A stretch of 64,000 nt of DNA from assembly GCA_035548055.1 (NCBI GenBank), contig DASZTL010000108.1:12476-76475 (forward strand), in the 5' to 3' direction. Position numbers and translations under genes: made by a program. Position 1 is the stretch's first letter. Each line of letters starts with the position of its first letter. Origin of the DNA: Mycobacteriales bacterium (lineage in GTDB: Bacteria > Actinomycetota > Actinomycetes > JAFAQI01). Of this stretch, positions 26,391 through 36,986 are shown in pieces. Below the pieces are notes generated by a model. That model was given only the letters and a program-made list of their open reading frames with translations. It had not been told where the DNA came from and ran no database searches.

Positions 26391-27431
26391 ATGCGCACCT
26401 TCACCGCTCGGGCGACCGCTGGCCCGAAGGCGCCCTTCGAGCGAACCACGATCGAGCGGCGCGACCCCGGACCGAACGACATCGTCATCAAGATCGCGTA
26501 CGCCGGGATCTGCCACTCCGACATCCACACGGCGCGCAACGAGTGGGGTCCGGCAATGTTTCCGCTGGTGCCGGGCCACGAGATCACCGGCATCGTCGAG
26601 GAGGTCGGCGCCGACGTCACCCGCTACGCGGTCGGTGACCGGGTCGGCGTCGGCTGCATGGTCGACTCCTGCCGCGAGTGCGAGAACTGCGCGATCGGCG
26701 AGGAGCAGTACTGCGTGCCAGGCAACATCGGCACCTACAACGCCATCGGCAAGGACGGGCTTCCGACCGCCGGTGGCTACTCGTCGCACATTATCGTCGA
26801 CGAGGCCTTCGCGCTGCGGATCCCGGACGCCCTCGACCTCGATGTGGCCGCGCCGCTGCTCTGTGCGGGCATCACGCTCTACTCCCCGCTCCGCCATTGG
26901 GCGGCCGGCCCCGGCAAGAAGGTCGCGATCGTCGGCTTCGGCGGGCTCGGCCACATGGGCGTGAAGATCGCCGCAGCGCTGGGCGCGGAGGTCACGGTCT
27001 TCTCGCAGACGCTCGCCAAACGGGACGACGGCCTGGCATTCGGCGCGACGAACTACATCGCGACACGCGACATGTCGGTTCTGAAGCCGCTCGCCAAGTC
27101 CTTCGACCTCGTCGTGAGCACCATCTCCGCGTCGTGGTCGATCGACCGCTACCTGCAGCTGCTGCGCCTCGACGGCACGCTGGTCAACGTCGGAGCGCCG
27201 CCGGAGCCGATGTCGGTCGGCGCCTACAACCTGATGACCAACCGGCGCAGCCTGGCCGGATCCGGGATCGGTGGCATCCGTGAGACGCAGGAGATGCTCG
27301 ACTTCTGTGCCGAGCACGGCCTGGGCGCGACGATCGAGACGATCAGCGCCGACCAGATCGACGAAGCGTGGGATCGCGTGGTCGACAGCGCCGTGCGCTA
27401 CCGCTTCGTCATCGACGCAACGACCGTCTGA
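26391..27431 (+). CDS. Zinc-dependent NAD(P) alcohol dehydrogenase (cinnamyl-alcohol-DH-like)
   Basis: [16 protein letters not shown], structural-zinc CxxCxxC ([15 protein letters not shown]) and the cofactor motif GFGGLGHMG. Confidence 0.85.
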   Translation: MRTFTARATAGPKAPFERTTIERRDPGPNDIVIKIAYAGICHSDIHTARNEWGPAMFPLVPGHEITGIVEEVGADVTRYAVGDRVGVGCMVDSCRECENCAIGEEQYCVPGNIGTYNAIGKDGLPTAGGYSSHIIVDEAFALRIPDALDLDVAAPLLCAGITLYSPLRHWAAGPGKKVAIVGFGGLGHMGVKIAAALGAEVTVFSQTLAKRDDGLAFGATNYIATRDMSVLKPLAKSFDLVVSTISASWSIDRYLQLLRLDGTLVNVGAPPEPMSVGAYNLMTNRRSLAGSGIGGIRETQEMLDFCAEHGLGATIETISADQIDEAWDRVVDSAVRYRFVIDATTV

Positions 27432-28452
27432 GCGAATCCGCAAGCCGCGGCTCGGCGAGGGCGAAGGTGGTGGCGCCGAGCAGCAACACGATCAGCACCA
27501 CCGCGATCCAGAACGCAATCGGCGGCGCGGAGAGATCTCCCGACCCCACCGTCATGGCAACGACCGGCGTCACCGGCTCCGGAGTCGCAACAGGTGGGTG
27601 CGCGACCTCGGCCGGCATGCCGGGCGGAAGCGGTTCGAAGGTGATCACCGGCCGACCGCCGGACCCGGCAGATGCACCCGGCTCCGGCACGACGACCGTG
27701 TCCTGCATGTCCGAGGAGCCGCCACCCGCCCTCGGCGCGACATAGGTGACCGCTGCGGTGAGTGCGGCCAAGGCGGTCTCCGGACCGAACACCACCTGGT
27801 ACACGGTGAGGGTGTTCGCAGGGTTGTCGGTGATCGCGATACCCAGGTTCAACCCATCCGGCTTCATCCAGCGTTGCGCGATCTCGGCGATGTCGACGGT
27901 GTAGCGGTCGCCGCCGTCGACTGCTTTCAGCTTCGGCGAGTGGACGTCACACCCGTCAGTCGGCTTGCCGCCGTACGCCGATGCCTCGAGCCCGCCGGCC
28001 CAGCCCGTCTGCACAGCGCAGGCAACCATCGACGCGCCGGTGACGTCCGCGGTGATGCCCTTCGTGTCGACCGGCAGTGAGACGACGAAGGAGGTGATGG
28101 TCGAACCGACCGGCACCTTCGTCAGGTCGAAGGCGAGATAGCTCGCAGCGATTGCACCGGCCTGCAGGCCGGCCGCTGCCGGAGTCTCGGGCCCCGCGAC
28201 GGCGAGGTCGCCGGCAGGCACCGCAGGGTCGGGCACGTCGCCAGACAGCGCGATGCTCGTGACGCCGGTCCCACCCGGCTGCCCGCGCCAGAACCAGCTC
28301 GCGCGGCTCAGCGGGACCTTCACAGTGACGGCGTCTGCGGCATGCGCGGCACTCAACATGGCAGGGGCCGGCAGCACACTGAATCCAACCGCCGCCAGGA
28401 AGAGGACGCAGGGCAGCCGAGCCGCACGCAACGCTGACCCCCCTGCCGACAC
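27409..28452 (-). CDS. Secreted hypothetical protein with a C-terminal TM anchor
   Basis: Signal peptide, Ala/Gly/Thr-rich body, and a C-terminal hydrophobic segment followed by RRSLRR. Confidence 0.55.
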   Translation of the reverse strand: MSAGGSALRAARLPCVLFLAAVGFSVLPAPAMLSAAHAADAVTVKVPLSRASWFWRGQPGGTGVTSIALSGDVPDPAVPAGDLAVAGPETPAAAGLQAGAIAASYLAFDLTKVPVGSTITSFVVSLPVDTKGITADVTGASMVACAVQTGWAGGLEASAYGGKPTDGCDVHSPKLKAVDGGDRYTVDIAEIAQRWMKPDGLNLGIAITDNPANTLTVYQVVFGPETALAALTAAVTYVAPRAGGGSSDMQDTVVVPEPGASAGSGGRPVITFEPLPPGMPAEVAHPPVATPEPVTPVVAMTVGSGDLSAPPIAFWIAVVLIVLLLGATTFALAEPRLADSLRRSLRR

Positions 28453-28564
28453 CCGCCGGTTACCCGGTCACTAACCACGTGTACGTCGGGCAGGAAGAGC
28501 ACTGGCTGGGGCCACGACGTGGCGAAATGATGTCACGCCGCTCGACGAATGTCGGGGATCGTTG

Positions 28565-28744
28565 CTACCTCGATTGGATCCCGTGTTGGCTGCATGTCGC
28601 AACGAACGAGGTCGGCATGACCTTCACCACCATCCGGCGCCCGCATCGCACGCAGAACCGTGGTGGCTCGTACGCTCGCCGCTTCACGCAACGGTCGTGA
28701 TCACCCTCGGTCTCCGGTCGGCCGCACCCGCTGCAGTGCGTCAT
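28565..28744 (-). CDS. Small Cys-rich protein (59 aa) downstream of bioB. It is not in the ORF track (below 60 aa) and is BsaP-like.
   Basis: Hand translation of the minus strand gives [59 protein letters not shown], with CxxC...CxxC spacing. It lies 16 nt downstream of the bioB stop on the same strand. Confidence 0.6.
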   Translation of the reverse strand: MTHCSGCGRPETEGDHDRCVKRRAYEPPRFCVRCGRRMVVKVMPTSFVATCSQHGIQSR

Positions 28745-28759
28745 CGGTTGAGCAGAAGC

Positions 28760-29770
28760 TCAGATCGCAGCGGACAGCGTCTTGATCGGCATCTTCAGCT
28801 CGCCGAGCAGCTCGAGGTCCTCGGCGGGCGGGCGTCCGAGGGTGGTGAGGTAGTTGCCGACGATCACCGCGTTCACCCCACCCAGCAATCCGTCGCGGGT
28901 GCCGAGGTCGCCGAGCGTGACCTCACGACCACCCGCAAACCGCAGGATCGTGGACGGCATCGCGAGCCGGAACGCGCCGATCGCGCGCAGGGCGTCGGCC
29001 ACGTCCAGCACGGCCAGGTCGGCGAACGGCGTACCGGGTCGCGGGTCGAGGAAGTTCAACGGCACCTCGTGAGGCGCAACCGCAGCGAGTTGTGCCGCCA
29101 GCTCGGCCCGCTGCTCCAGCGTCTCGCCCATGCCAACGATCGCGCCGCAGCAAACCTCCATGCCGACCTCGCGGACCAGCTGAAGCGTTTCGTGACGCTC
29201 CTCCCAGGTGTGCGTCGTGACCACCGACGGGAAGTAGGAGCGCGCCGTCTCGAGATTGTGGTTGTAGCGATGGACGCCGATCTCGATGAGCCGGTCGGCG
29301 TCCTTGCGCGTGAGGATGCCCAGCGAGCACGCGATCTGCACGTCATTGCCGTCGGCGCGGATCGCGGCAACCACGTCAGCGACCTCTGCGAGGAGCTTCT
29401 CATCGGGTCCGCGGACCGCAGCGACGATGCAGAACTCGGTCGCACCCGTCTGTCGGGTCTCCCGGGCGGCGCGCACCATCTCCTCGACATCGAGCCGGGA
29501 GGCGCGGACAGGCGAGGTGAACTTGCCGGACTGCGAGCAGAAGTGGCAGTCCTCGGGGCAGCCACCGGTCTTCACGCTGACGATGCCCTCGACCTCGACC
29601 TCGTCGCCGCACCAGCGCAACCGCACCTCGTGGGCGAGCTCGAGCAGATCGGGAATCCGCTGGTCCGGAAGCTGGAGGCACGCCAACACGTCGGCCTCCC
29701 CGAGGCCGTGCCCTCGCTCCAGAACCTGGGCGCGGGCGCGGTTGAGCACGTCGGTTGGGTCGATCGCCAC
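28760..29770 (-). CDS. bioB: Biotin synthase
   Basis: Radical-SAM CPEDCHFC cluster motif, YNHNLET, and the conserved BioB core. Confidence 0.9.
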   Translation of the reverse strand: MAIDPTDVLNRARAQVLERGHGLGEADVLACLQLPDQRIPDLLELAHEVRLRWCGDEVEVEGIVSVKTGGCPEDCHFCSQSGKFTSPVRASRLDVEEMVRAARETRQTGATEFCIVAAVRGPDEKLLAEVADVVAAIRADGNDVQIACSLGILTRKDADRLIEIGVHRYNHNLETARSYFPSVVTTHTWEERHETLQLVREVGMEVCCGAIVGMGETLEQRAELAAQLAAVAPHEVPLNFLDPRPGTPFADLAVLDVADALRAIGAFRLAMPSTILRFAGGREVTLGDLGTRDGLLGGVNAVIVGNYLTTLGRPPAEDLELLGELKMPIKTLSAAI

Positions 29771-29805
29771 GGCAAGACCCTCTCAGACCCACCCGCCGCA
29801 ACTGA

Positions 29806-29872
29806 AGCAATGTGGCATTGCGTAGGCGATCAGCCCAGTTCTCGCGGAAATCACGTGGGCAATGGCGCATTG
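29806..29872. promoter_or_regulatory. Two 15-bp perfect palindromes GCAATG-N3-CATTGC (29806-29820 and 29858-29872), each followed by (G/T)TAGG, in the bioB / RibD-C divergent intergenic region. Putative operators.
   Basis: Read directly: GCAATGTGGCATTGC and GCAATGGCGCATTGC. They sit 36-50 and 88-102 nt upstream of the bioB start. Confidence 0.35.
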
Positions 29873-29896
29873 CTTAGGGCAGGCAGACTGTGTGCT

Positions 29897-30622
29897 GTGA
29901 CCGTCGCCGACGTGCCGTTGTTGCCCGAGTCCTTCGAGGAGCTCGACCGGTACTACGGCGAGCCCCCGATCGGGGTGCGGGCCAACATGATCACCGCGCT
30001 CGACGGCGGTGCGGCCTTCGACGGCCGGACGAAGGCGATCACCGACCCCGCCGACCAGCTGCTGCTCGCCTACCTGCGGTCATGCTGCGATGTCGTGATC
30101 GCGGGCTCGGCCACCATCGCGGCGGAACAGTACGGCCCGGTCCGGCTGCGCGACGCACTTCGCCGCCGGCGGACGAGGGCCGGTCTCGCCGAGCTCCCAC
30201 GACTCGCAATCGTGACCGCGCGAGGCGCCCTTTCGCCCGAGCTCCGAATCTTCAGTGACCCCGCGCAGAGACCGTTGATCGTGACGACCGGCAGGACCGC
30301 AAGCGACCGCCCGCAGCTGGGTGAGCTCGGCGACGTCATCGTCGCGGGCGATGACGTGATCGAGCCGGCAGCCGCACTCAAGGCCTTCGGTGCTCTGGGC
30401 CTCGGTCGAGTGCTCTGCGAGGGCGGGCCGTACCTGCTCTCGACGCTCATCGACGCCGACCTCGTCGACGACATGTGCCTGACGATCGCGCCGTACCTCG
30501 CCGGATCACAGCCGACCACTCCGCAACCGACGTCGTCCTTGCTCACCCCGACCCGGTTGCGGCTGCGCCACGTCCTGCAGCGCAACGAGCTGCTGTACCT
30601 GCGGTACTCCCGCACGGAGTGA
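29897..30622 (+). CDS. RibD C-terminal (dihydrofolate-reductase-like) domain protein
   Basis: RANMITALDGGAAFDGRTKAITDPADQLLLAYLRSCCDVVIAGSATI and VLCEGGPYLLSTLIDADLVDDMCLTIAPYLAG. GTG start assumed. Confidence 0.65.
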   Translation: MTVADVPLLPESFEELDRYYGEPPIGVRANMITALDGGAAFDGRTKAITDPADQLLLAYLRSCCDVVIAGSATIAAEQYGPVRLRDALRRRRTRAGLAELPRLAIVTARGALSPELRIFSDPAQRPLIVTTGRTASDRPQLGELGDVIVAGDDVIEPAAALKAFGALGLGRVLCEGGPYLLSTLIDADLVDDMCLTIAPYLAGSQPTTPQPTSSLLTPTRLRLRHVLQRNELLYLRYSRTE

Positions 30623-30634
30623 TAGACCACTCGC

Positions 30635-31657
30635 GTGCGAATCCGAGTGCTCGGCGCCGCGGCAACCGTCGCGGCCCTTCTTCCGATCGGTGTCTCCGCG
30701 GTCGCGCCGGCTTCGGCCGCGGGCGGCGACGGCCACGCTCGTTATGCCGCCCTCGCCGGCAACGATGACTTCCTGCTCTATGCCGAGAAGGTGGACGGCA
30801 GCCCGCTCGACCCGACCTCGCTCGACAACCAGGCGGACATCTACGCGCTCGGCCGGACCGGTAAGCCGATCCGGCTGGGTCTGGCGCTGCGGAGTGCCGA
30901 GGTCGTATCGATGTCACGGTCGAACGTCGTCATCGTCAACCCATTCCGGCATCACAACCGGCTTCGCGCCTGGAACCTCGAATCCGGTCGCCATGTCAAC
31001 GTCGGGACGAACCAGGATGTCGTAGGCGCGACCCCCAACGGCTGGCTCTCGCTGGACCGCGGCTTCGACGACGGTACGCACGTGGTGGCACGTTCCTACT
31101 CCGGCGCCATCGTCGACTACGGCGACCCGATCACACCGGGCGTCGACTACGGCGTCACAGCCGGGCCGAACGGCTTCGTCGCCTACGCGAACAACTTCGT
31201 CAACGACAACGGCGAGATCACCTACACGCCGTGGGCTCACCCCGACCGGCACCGCACCCTGCTCGAACCCGGCGGGAAGAACGTGCGATGCGACAGCGTG
31301 AATGCCCACTACGCCGGCTGCGTCATCCGTGGCGGGATCAACCGATCCGTAGCACTGATCGCCCTCAGCGGGGAGCACCGAACAACGGCCGGAAACCGGT
31401 GCGCCTACCACGTTGCAGTGTGGGGTCGGCGCCTCGCGTGGAGCGTCGGGATCTCCCGCCACGGCTGCAAGTCGGGACACGTAGGAGCCACGTCCAACGC
31501 CGGACTCTCGCAGCTGTCGAAGCAGCGGTTCAACATCCTCGGCATGGTGACCGCCTGGGGGCGGGTCGTCACGTCGAGCGTGGGTCAGCGCTCACTCGTG
31601 AAGATCTCCTCGATTCGCCACCACGCAAGACCGCTGAATCGCGCGAACGTCTCTTAG
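30635..31657 (+). CDS. Secreted hypothetical protein
   Basis: Signal peptide MRIRVLGAAATVAALLPIGVSAVAPASAAG. No family motif recognised. Confidence 0.55.
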   Translation: MRIRVLGAAATVAALLPIGVSAVAPASAAGGDGHARYAALAGNDDFLLYAEKVDGSPLDPTSLDNQADIYALGRTGKPIRLGLALRSAEVVSMSRSNVVIVNPFRHHNRLRAWNLESGRHVNVGTNQDVVGATPNGWLSLDRGFDDGTHVVARSYSGAIVDYGDPITPGVDYGVTAGPNGFVAYANNFVNDNGEITYTPWAHPDRHRTLLEPGGKNVRCDSVNAHYAGCVIRGGINRSVALIALSGEHRTTAGNRCAYHVAVWGRRLAWSVGISRHGCKSGHVGATSNAGLSQLSKQRFNILGMVTAWGRVVTSSVGQRSLVKISSIRHHARPLNRANVS

Positions 31658-34209
31658 CGACAGCTCCTCGTCGGGCTGGTTGCGGAGTACGACGGGGGCG
31701 CGGCGCCGTCGCGAGCCCACTTGCTGGGGCCGCCCGCGGTTTGCAGTCTGAGGGTCGCGCCGTCAGCCAGCTGCGAGTAGCGCAGCCAGGCTTTGCCGAG
31801 CTCGTGCCCGTTCAGTGACGCCGAGTCGACGTACGGCTTCGATCGAGTCCCGCCGGGCACGACGATTCGAAGCTTCCGGCCGTTCGGCAACGACACCACG
31901 ACGCGCGAGAACCGCGGTGCGCCGACCGTCAACACGTCGTCACCCGCAATCGCCGGGAACAACCCGATGGCGTTGAACAGCCACCAGGACGTCATCGTCC
32001 CGCCGTCGGTGTTGCCGGGATAGCCGTCCGGCGTCGCTGCGTACATCGAGTCGAGCGAGCGATGGACGACGTCCTCGGTACGGTCGGGACGACCGGCCCA
32101 GAGGTACTCGTACGGCGTCGCGAGCTGTGGTTCGTTGCCCAGGAACGCATACGGCGAGTTCGGCCCGTCGTTGAGCTTGGTGAACAGGGCGTTCAGGCGC
32201 GACACGAGCGCCTGCTTGCCGCCGATAGCCCGGCCGAGCCCGGCGACGTCGAACGGCACCATGAAGGTGTACTGACTGCCGTCACCCTCGACGAACCCGT
32301 GCGCCACCCCGGTCTTGGAGATCGGCAGGAAGAGGCCCGCGAGGGTCCGCGGCTCGACGTAACCGCTGGCCGGGTTGAAGCTCGCCCGCCACCAGCCGGC
32401 GCGCCGGAGGAACTCCCGCTCCGTCGCCCGATCGCACACCGCCGCCGCGAGCCGAGACGTCGCGAAGTCGGCCGTCGCATATTCCAACGAGGTGGAAGCA
32501 CTGCCCCAGACGATGGCCGAGCTTGCCAAGAGAATGATGCCGCCGGTCGTGTTGGTACTCGTGTCGAGCTCAGCCGGGACGTAGTGCAGCTTCTGGTACA
32601 GCGGGTTGGCAGGACGTTCGGCGTAGGTGCCGCGACGCAACCCCGAGCTGTCCTTGGTCGCGCCGGCGACAACGTCGCCCAGCCGTTCGTCATCGAGCCC
32701 GTTGCTGGCGGCGCCATGTACCGCTGCGCGTAGGGCGGCTCGACGACTGAAGCCCCGTACCCCGAACGCCGCGAGGTCCGCGAGGAACGGCACGGCCGGG
32801 TCGCCCACCATGATGTTGGGGCTCGACGCCCCAGCCGGCCAGCGTGGCAGGAAGCCGGCGATCCGTTCATCGGCGAGCAGGCTGCGCGCCATGTCGCTGG
32901 CCTGGCGCGGTGCCACGAGGGCGAGGAGCTGCGCGTGGGTTCGGTACTCGTCCCACAGGCTCATCTGGCTGTACGCGGTCCAGCCGTGGGCGCGGTGAAT
33001 CCGCCCATCGAGTGCGGGAAAGCGTCCGTCGGCGTCGCCGATCACCTGCGGTGAGAGCAACGACTGGTAGAGCGTGGTGGCGAGCATCCGACGGTCGACG
33101 GGATCACCGCCCGCGACCCGCACCCGGCCGAGCAGCCGCGCCCAACGCGCGGCGGTCGCGCGACGTACCGACGCCACGCTCCGGCCGGCGACCTCGTGCC
33201 GCAACGCCGCGCGCGCCCCCCGCATGCTCACGTAGGACAGCCCGACCCGCACGCCGACCGTGCGATCCTTCGCGACTGGGAAGCGAAGCACGGCGCCTGC
33301 CTGTGCCGTGTCGCTCGGGTCGCCCGGGACGTTCGGCGGCAGGCCACCGAAGCCAGGCGTGTAACCGATCCCGACGAGGGCATGGCTCGAGGCCGAGGTG
33401 CCACCTTCTCTGAAGCCCTGGCCCTGCCATACCGCGTGACTGGCGAACGGACGGTCGAAGCGCATCACCACGTTCAACGTCACGCCGAGCGGGTCCTCGC
33501 AGAAGCGGCCGTCACCCGACCGGATCTCGACGACGCGTCTCCCCGGCCGCACACGGACCTCGGCCCGGTCCACGGCATCCCTGCCTCCGCCGGCATTCAC
33601 GACCACCGTGCCGGTGCCCGCAGCGGTGGGGAACCGGAAGCGCCCGACTCCGGCGCGGGTCGTTGCGCTGAGGTCGACGCCGACGGCCCGCGACGTGCCG
33701 GGGTTGAGCTCCACCGAGTAGCGTCCCGGCGACGCGCTCTCATGACGGTGGTCGAACGTCGCGTTGAGGGCTGGTATCAGGGAACCGCTGAGTGGCCGCG
33801 CCGGACTTGCTGTGACGGTGGCGGTCGTGGGCGTGATCGGGACGTCGCCGAAACCAGTGCAGCCACCGCCCTGGAACCGGGTCAGGTCGAACCCGGAGAT
33901 CGTGGAGTCGGAGTAGGTGTAACCGGCCCCGTAGGCGACCGCGTCCGGGACGGTCCGCGGACCCCACGACAGCATTCCGAACGGCGCGGTCGCCGCAGGA
34001 CTCATGTTCCCCGCGCTGCCCCCGGTTCCCTGGTCCTTGAGGTTTGTATCGGTCCCCGCGAAGACGTTGGCGAGCTTCACCAGCTGAGCCCCGGTGAGCA
34101 AGGGCTCCGGCCGCGCGGGTCCCGCCCCTGCCGATGAAAGCGGCGCGCCGGCGAGAAGGGTGGCGACGAGCGCGGCAGCCGCCGCGGAACCGCCGAGCTG
34201 AGGACGCAT
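31654..34209 (-). CDS. Glycoside hydrolase family 92 (alpha-mannosidase-like), secreted
   Basis: Signal peptide; about 850 aa; PFGMLSWGPRT and GFDLTRFQGGGCTGFGD resemble GH92 N-terminal motifs. Confidence 0.65.
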   Translation of the reverse strand: MRPQLGGSAAAAALVATLLAGAPLSSAGAGPARPEPLLTGAQLVKLANVFAGTDTNLKDQGTGGSAGNMSPAATAPFGMLSWGPRTVPDAVAYGAGYTYSDSTISGFDLTRFQGGGCTGFGDVPITPTTATVTASPARPLSGSLIPALNATFDHRHESASPGRYSVELNPGTSRAVGVDLSATTRAGVGRFRFPTAAGTGTVVVNAGGGRDAVDRAEVRVRPGRRVVEIRSGDGRFCEDPLGVTLNVVMRFDRPFASHAVWQGQGFREGGTSASSHALVGIGYTPGFGGLPPNVPGDPSDTAQAGAVLRFPVAKDRTVGVRVGLSYVSMRGARAALRHEVAGRSVASVRRATAARWARLLGRVRVAGGDPVDRRMLATTLYQSLLSPQVIGDADGRFPALDGRIHRAHGWTAYSQMSLWDEYRTHAQLLALVAPRQASDMARSLLADERIAGFLPRWPAGASSPNIMVGDPAVPFLADLAAFGVRGFSRRAALRAAVHGAASNGLDDERLGDVVAGATKDSSGLRRGTYAERPANPLYQKLHYVPAELDTSTNTTGGIILLASSAIVWGSASTSLEYATADFATSRLAAAVCDRATEREFLRRAGWWRASFNPASGYVEPRTLAGLFLPISKTGVAHGFVEGDGSQYTFMVPFDVAGLGRAIGGKQALVSRLNALFTKLNDGPNSPYAFLGNEPQLATPYEYLWAGRPDRTEDVVHRSLDSMYAATPDGYPGNTDGGTMTSWWLFNAIGLFPAIAGDDVLTVGAPRFSRVVVSLPNGRKLRIVVPGGTRSKPYVDSASLNGHELGKAWLRYSQLADGATLRLQTAGGPSKWARDGAAPPSYSATSPTRSCR

Positions 34210-34322
34210 CGCAGCGATTATCCGGCGCGGCCCCAGAAATCGTCTTGACCTAACTCGAGTGAGATGATTGTGTTTAGTACGTAGGGTGCTTTAGTTACTT
34301 CAAGCGAAGGGTCCGACGGATC

Positions 34323-35345
34323 GTGTTCATCAACAAGCGGAGCGTCGCCGGTGTCGGCACAGCCGCCGTCATGGCGCTCGCCGCAGCCTGCAGCGGCGGC
34401 TCGACCCCGGGCGATGAGTCCCCGAACGCTGCGGGCGGGACGATCAACCTGGTCGCGTTCTCGACCCCACAGAAGGCCTTCGACAAGCTCGGCCCCGCCT
34501 TCGCGGCCACGCCGGTCGGCGCGGGCAGCTCGATCAAGGGCTCGTATGGACCGTCGGGCTCGCAGGAGCGCCAGGTCGAGGCCGGCCAGCCGGCCGACGT
34601 CGTGGAGTTCTCCCGAGCCTCCGACATGGACAAGCTCGTCACCGCCGGTCTGGTCGACGCGACCTGGAGCAGCGGCGACTACAAGGGCATCGTCACCGAC
34701 TCGGTCGCGACCTTGATCGTGCGCAAGGGGAACCCGCTCGGCATCAAGACCTGGGATGACCTGGTCAAGCCGGGTGTGAAGGTCGTCACGCCGAACCCAC
34801 TGAGCTCCGGCAGCGCGTGCTGGAACCTGATGGCGGCGTACGGCGCCGAGATCAAGGAGGGCAAGACGCCGACTCAGGCGCTCGACTTCGTCAAGCAGCT
34901 GCTGCAGCACACGGTCGCGCTCCCGGACAGCGGCGCCAATGCAACGGCGGCGTTCCTGGGCGGCACCGGCAACGTGCTGATCGGCTATGAGAACGAGGCC
35001 ATCTCGGCCCAGGCTGCCGGTGCCGACATCGACTACGTCACGCCGGAGGACACGATCCTCATCGAGAATCCGATTGCGGTCACCAAGGACGCAAGTGACC
35101 CGACGCTGGCCAAGGAGTTCGTCGACTTCCTCTACACCCACGCCGGCCAGAAGCTCTTCGCGAGCGAGGGCTACCGCCCGGTCGTTGCGGCCGATCTCGA
35201 CAAGGGGAAGTTCCCGAGACCGTCCGGCCTGTTCACCATCGACTCCCTGGGTGGTTGGTCAAAGGTCAACTCCGAGTTCTTCGACGCCACCAACGGCTCG
35301 ATCACAAAGATCCTCGACGATCTCGGTCACGGCGCCGGTGGCTGA
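34323..35345 (+). CDS. subI: Sulfate/thiosulfate ABC transporter substrate-binding protein
   Basis: Lipoprotein signal (LAAACSGG), followed by the sulfate-binding protein family sequence (PLSSGSACWN, GYENEAI). Confidence 0.8.
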   Translation: MFINKRSVAGVGTAAVMALAAACSGGSTPGDESPNAAGGTINLVAFSTPQKAFDKLGPAFAATPVGAGSSIKGSYGPSGSQERQVEAGQPADVVEFSRASDMDKLVTAGLVDATWSSGDYKGIVTDSVATLIVRKGNPLGIKTWDDLVKPGVKVVTPNPLSSGSACWNLMAAYGAEIKEGKTPTQALDFVKQLLQHTVALPDSGANATAAFLGGTGNVLIGYENEAISAQAAGADIDYVTPEDTILIENPIAVTKDASDPTLAKEFVDFLYTHAGQKLFASEGYRPVVAADLDKGKFPRPSGLFTIDSLGGWSKVNSEFFDATNGSITKILDDLGHGAGG

Positions 35346-36168
35346 CGCAGCGCTCGCAGGTCACCCAGCCCGTCCCAGCCGCTCCTGGTCGCGTCCGCGA
35401 CCCCTAGTGGCGAGGGCGGGCCCGGCCCTTTCGATGACCTACCTCGGGCTGCTGGTCGGCCTCCCCGTGGCCGCCGTCATCAGCCAGTCAGCACACCACT
35501 CGTTCTGGTCGACCGTCACGCAGTCGCACACCGTGGCGGTGCTGGAGTTCACGGTCGGCGTCGCTCTTGCGGCAGCGGTGATCGATGCCGTGACCGGCGT
35601 TGCTCTCGCCTGGGTGCTCGTCCGTGACGAGTTCCCTGGCAAGCGGGTCGTCAACGCGCTGATCGACTTGCCGTTTGCGCTGCCGACGATCGTCGCCGGC
35701 CTGGTACTCCTGAGCCTGTATGGCCCCGGCAGCCCACTTGGCGTGAACCTGGCCGGGACGCGCATCGCCGTGCTGTTCGCCCTTCTCTTCGTCACGTTGC
35801 CGTTCGTCACGCGCGCCGTGCAGCCGGTCCTGCTCAGCCTCGAGCGAGACGTCGAGGATGCCGCGGCCTGCCTCGGCGCACGGCCCTGGACGATCTTCCG
35901 CCGGATCATCCTTCCGGCGATCACGCCCGCCACCGTGACCGGCGCGTCCCTCGCCTTCGCTCGCGCGCTCGGTGAGTTCGGGTCCGTCGTCCTCATCTCC
36001 GGCAACCTGCCGCACACCCAGATCGCCTCGCAGGTCATCTTCCAGGACGTCGAGAACGGCGCACCGCAGGCTGCTGCCGCGATCGGCGTCGTTCTGCTTG
36101 CCATGGCCCTGACCGTCTTCGTGGTCATCGGACTCGTCACGCGACACAACACGCAGAGAGGGGGCTGA
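35338..36168 (+). CDS. cysT: Sulfate ABC transporter permease
   Basis: EAA-loop region FARALGEFGSVVLISGN. GTG start overlapping the subI stop gives 276 aa, typical for CysT. Confidence 0.75.
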   Translation: MADAALAGHPARPSRSWSRPRPLVARAGPALSMTYLGLLVGLPVAAVISQSAHHSFWSTVTQSHTVAVLEFTVGVALAAAVIDAVTGVALAWVLVRDEFPGKRVVNALIDLPFALPTIVAGLVLLSLYGPGSPLGVNLAGTRIAVLFALLFVTLPFVTRAVQPVLLSLERDVEDAAACLGARPWTIFRRIILPAITPATVTGASLAFARALGEFGSVVLISGNLPHTQIASQVIFQDVENGAPQAAAAIGVVLLAMALTVFVVIGLVTRHNTQRGG

Positions 36169-36173
36169 TCGAC

Positions 36174-36986
36174 GTGTCGAAGTTCGTGCTTCGGTACGGC
36201 GTCCTCGGCTACCTCGCCCTGCTGCTGGTGTTGCCGGTCGGCATGGTCGGCTACCGCACCTTCGAGCACGGCGCAGGACCGGTGTGGGATGCGCTGTCGA
36301 GCCACGACGCCGTATCGGCGCTCAAGCTCTCGCTGCTGGTCACGCTGATTGCGGTGCCGATCAACATCGTGTTCGGGGTCTTCACCGGCTGGCTGTTGGC
36401 TCGCCGCGAGATGCCGCTCCGCTGGCTCGTCGACGCGCTGATCAACCTGCCGTTCGCCATGTCGCCCGTGGTGGTAGGTCTTGCCGTGTTCGTGCTCTAC
36501 AGCCGGACCGGCTGGATCGGGACGTACCTGTTCGCACACGGCATCCCGGTGCTGTTCACCTGGAAGGCAATGACGATCGCGACGGTCTTCGTCAGCCTGC
36601 CCTTCGTCGTCCGCGAGGTCGTACCGGTTCTCGAGGAGATCGGCACCGAGCAGGAGCAGGCCGCCGCGGTGCTCGGCGCGTCGCAGCTGCAGGCGTTCTT
36701 CCGGGTGACTCTGCCGGCGATCCGCTGGGCCGTCGTCTACGGCACGATCCTCACGGTCGCGCGATCGCTTGGTGAGTACGGCGCGGTCAACATCGTCTCG
36801 AGCAACATCGTCGGCCAGAGCCTCACGCTGCCGCTCTACGTGAACAACCGCGTCGGGCAGCTCGACACGACCGCCGCCTATAGCGCGGGTCTGCTGCTCG
36901 CCGTCATCTCTCTTCTCATCTTGGTCGGCATGACCGCGTTCAGCAGCCGTCGGATTCGGCAGACACAGACAGGGGTATCCGGATGA
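36174..36986 (+). CDS. cysW: Sulfate ABC transporter permease
   Basis: EAA-loop region [19 protein letters not shown] start 5 nt after the cysT stop. Confidence 0.8.
   Translation: MSKFVLRYGVLGYLALLLVLPVGMVGYRTFEHGAGPVWDALSSHDAVSALKLSLLVTLIAVPINIVFGVFTGWLLARREMPLRWLVDALINLPFAMSPVVVGLAVFVLYSRTGWIGTYLFAHGIPVLFTWKAMTIATVFVSLPFVVREVVPVLEEIGTEQEQAAAVLGASQLQAFFRVTLPAIRWAVVYGTILTVARSLGEYGAVNIVSSNIVGQSLTLPLYVNNRVGQLDTTAAYSAGLLLAVISLLILVGMTAFSSRRIRQTQTGVSG

Noticed and set aside
28562-30622. 686-aa + strand ORF spanning the bioB region
   Set aside because: Its N-terminal two-thirds are antisense to bioB and to the small Cys-rich ORF. Only the last roughly 240 aa (from GTG 29897) form a credible RibD-C domain protein.
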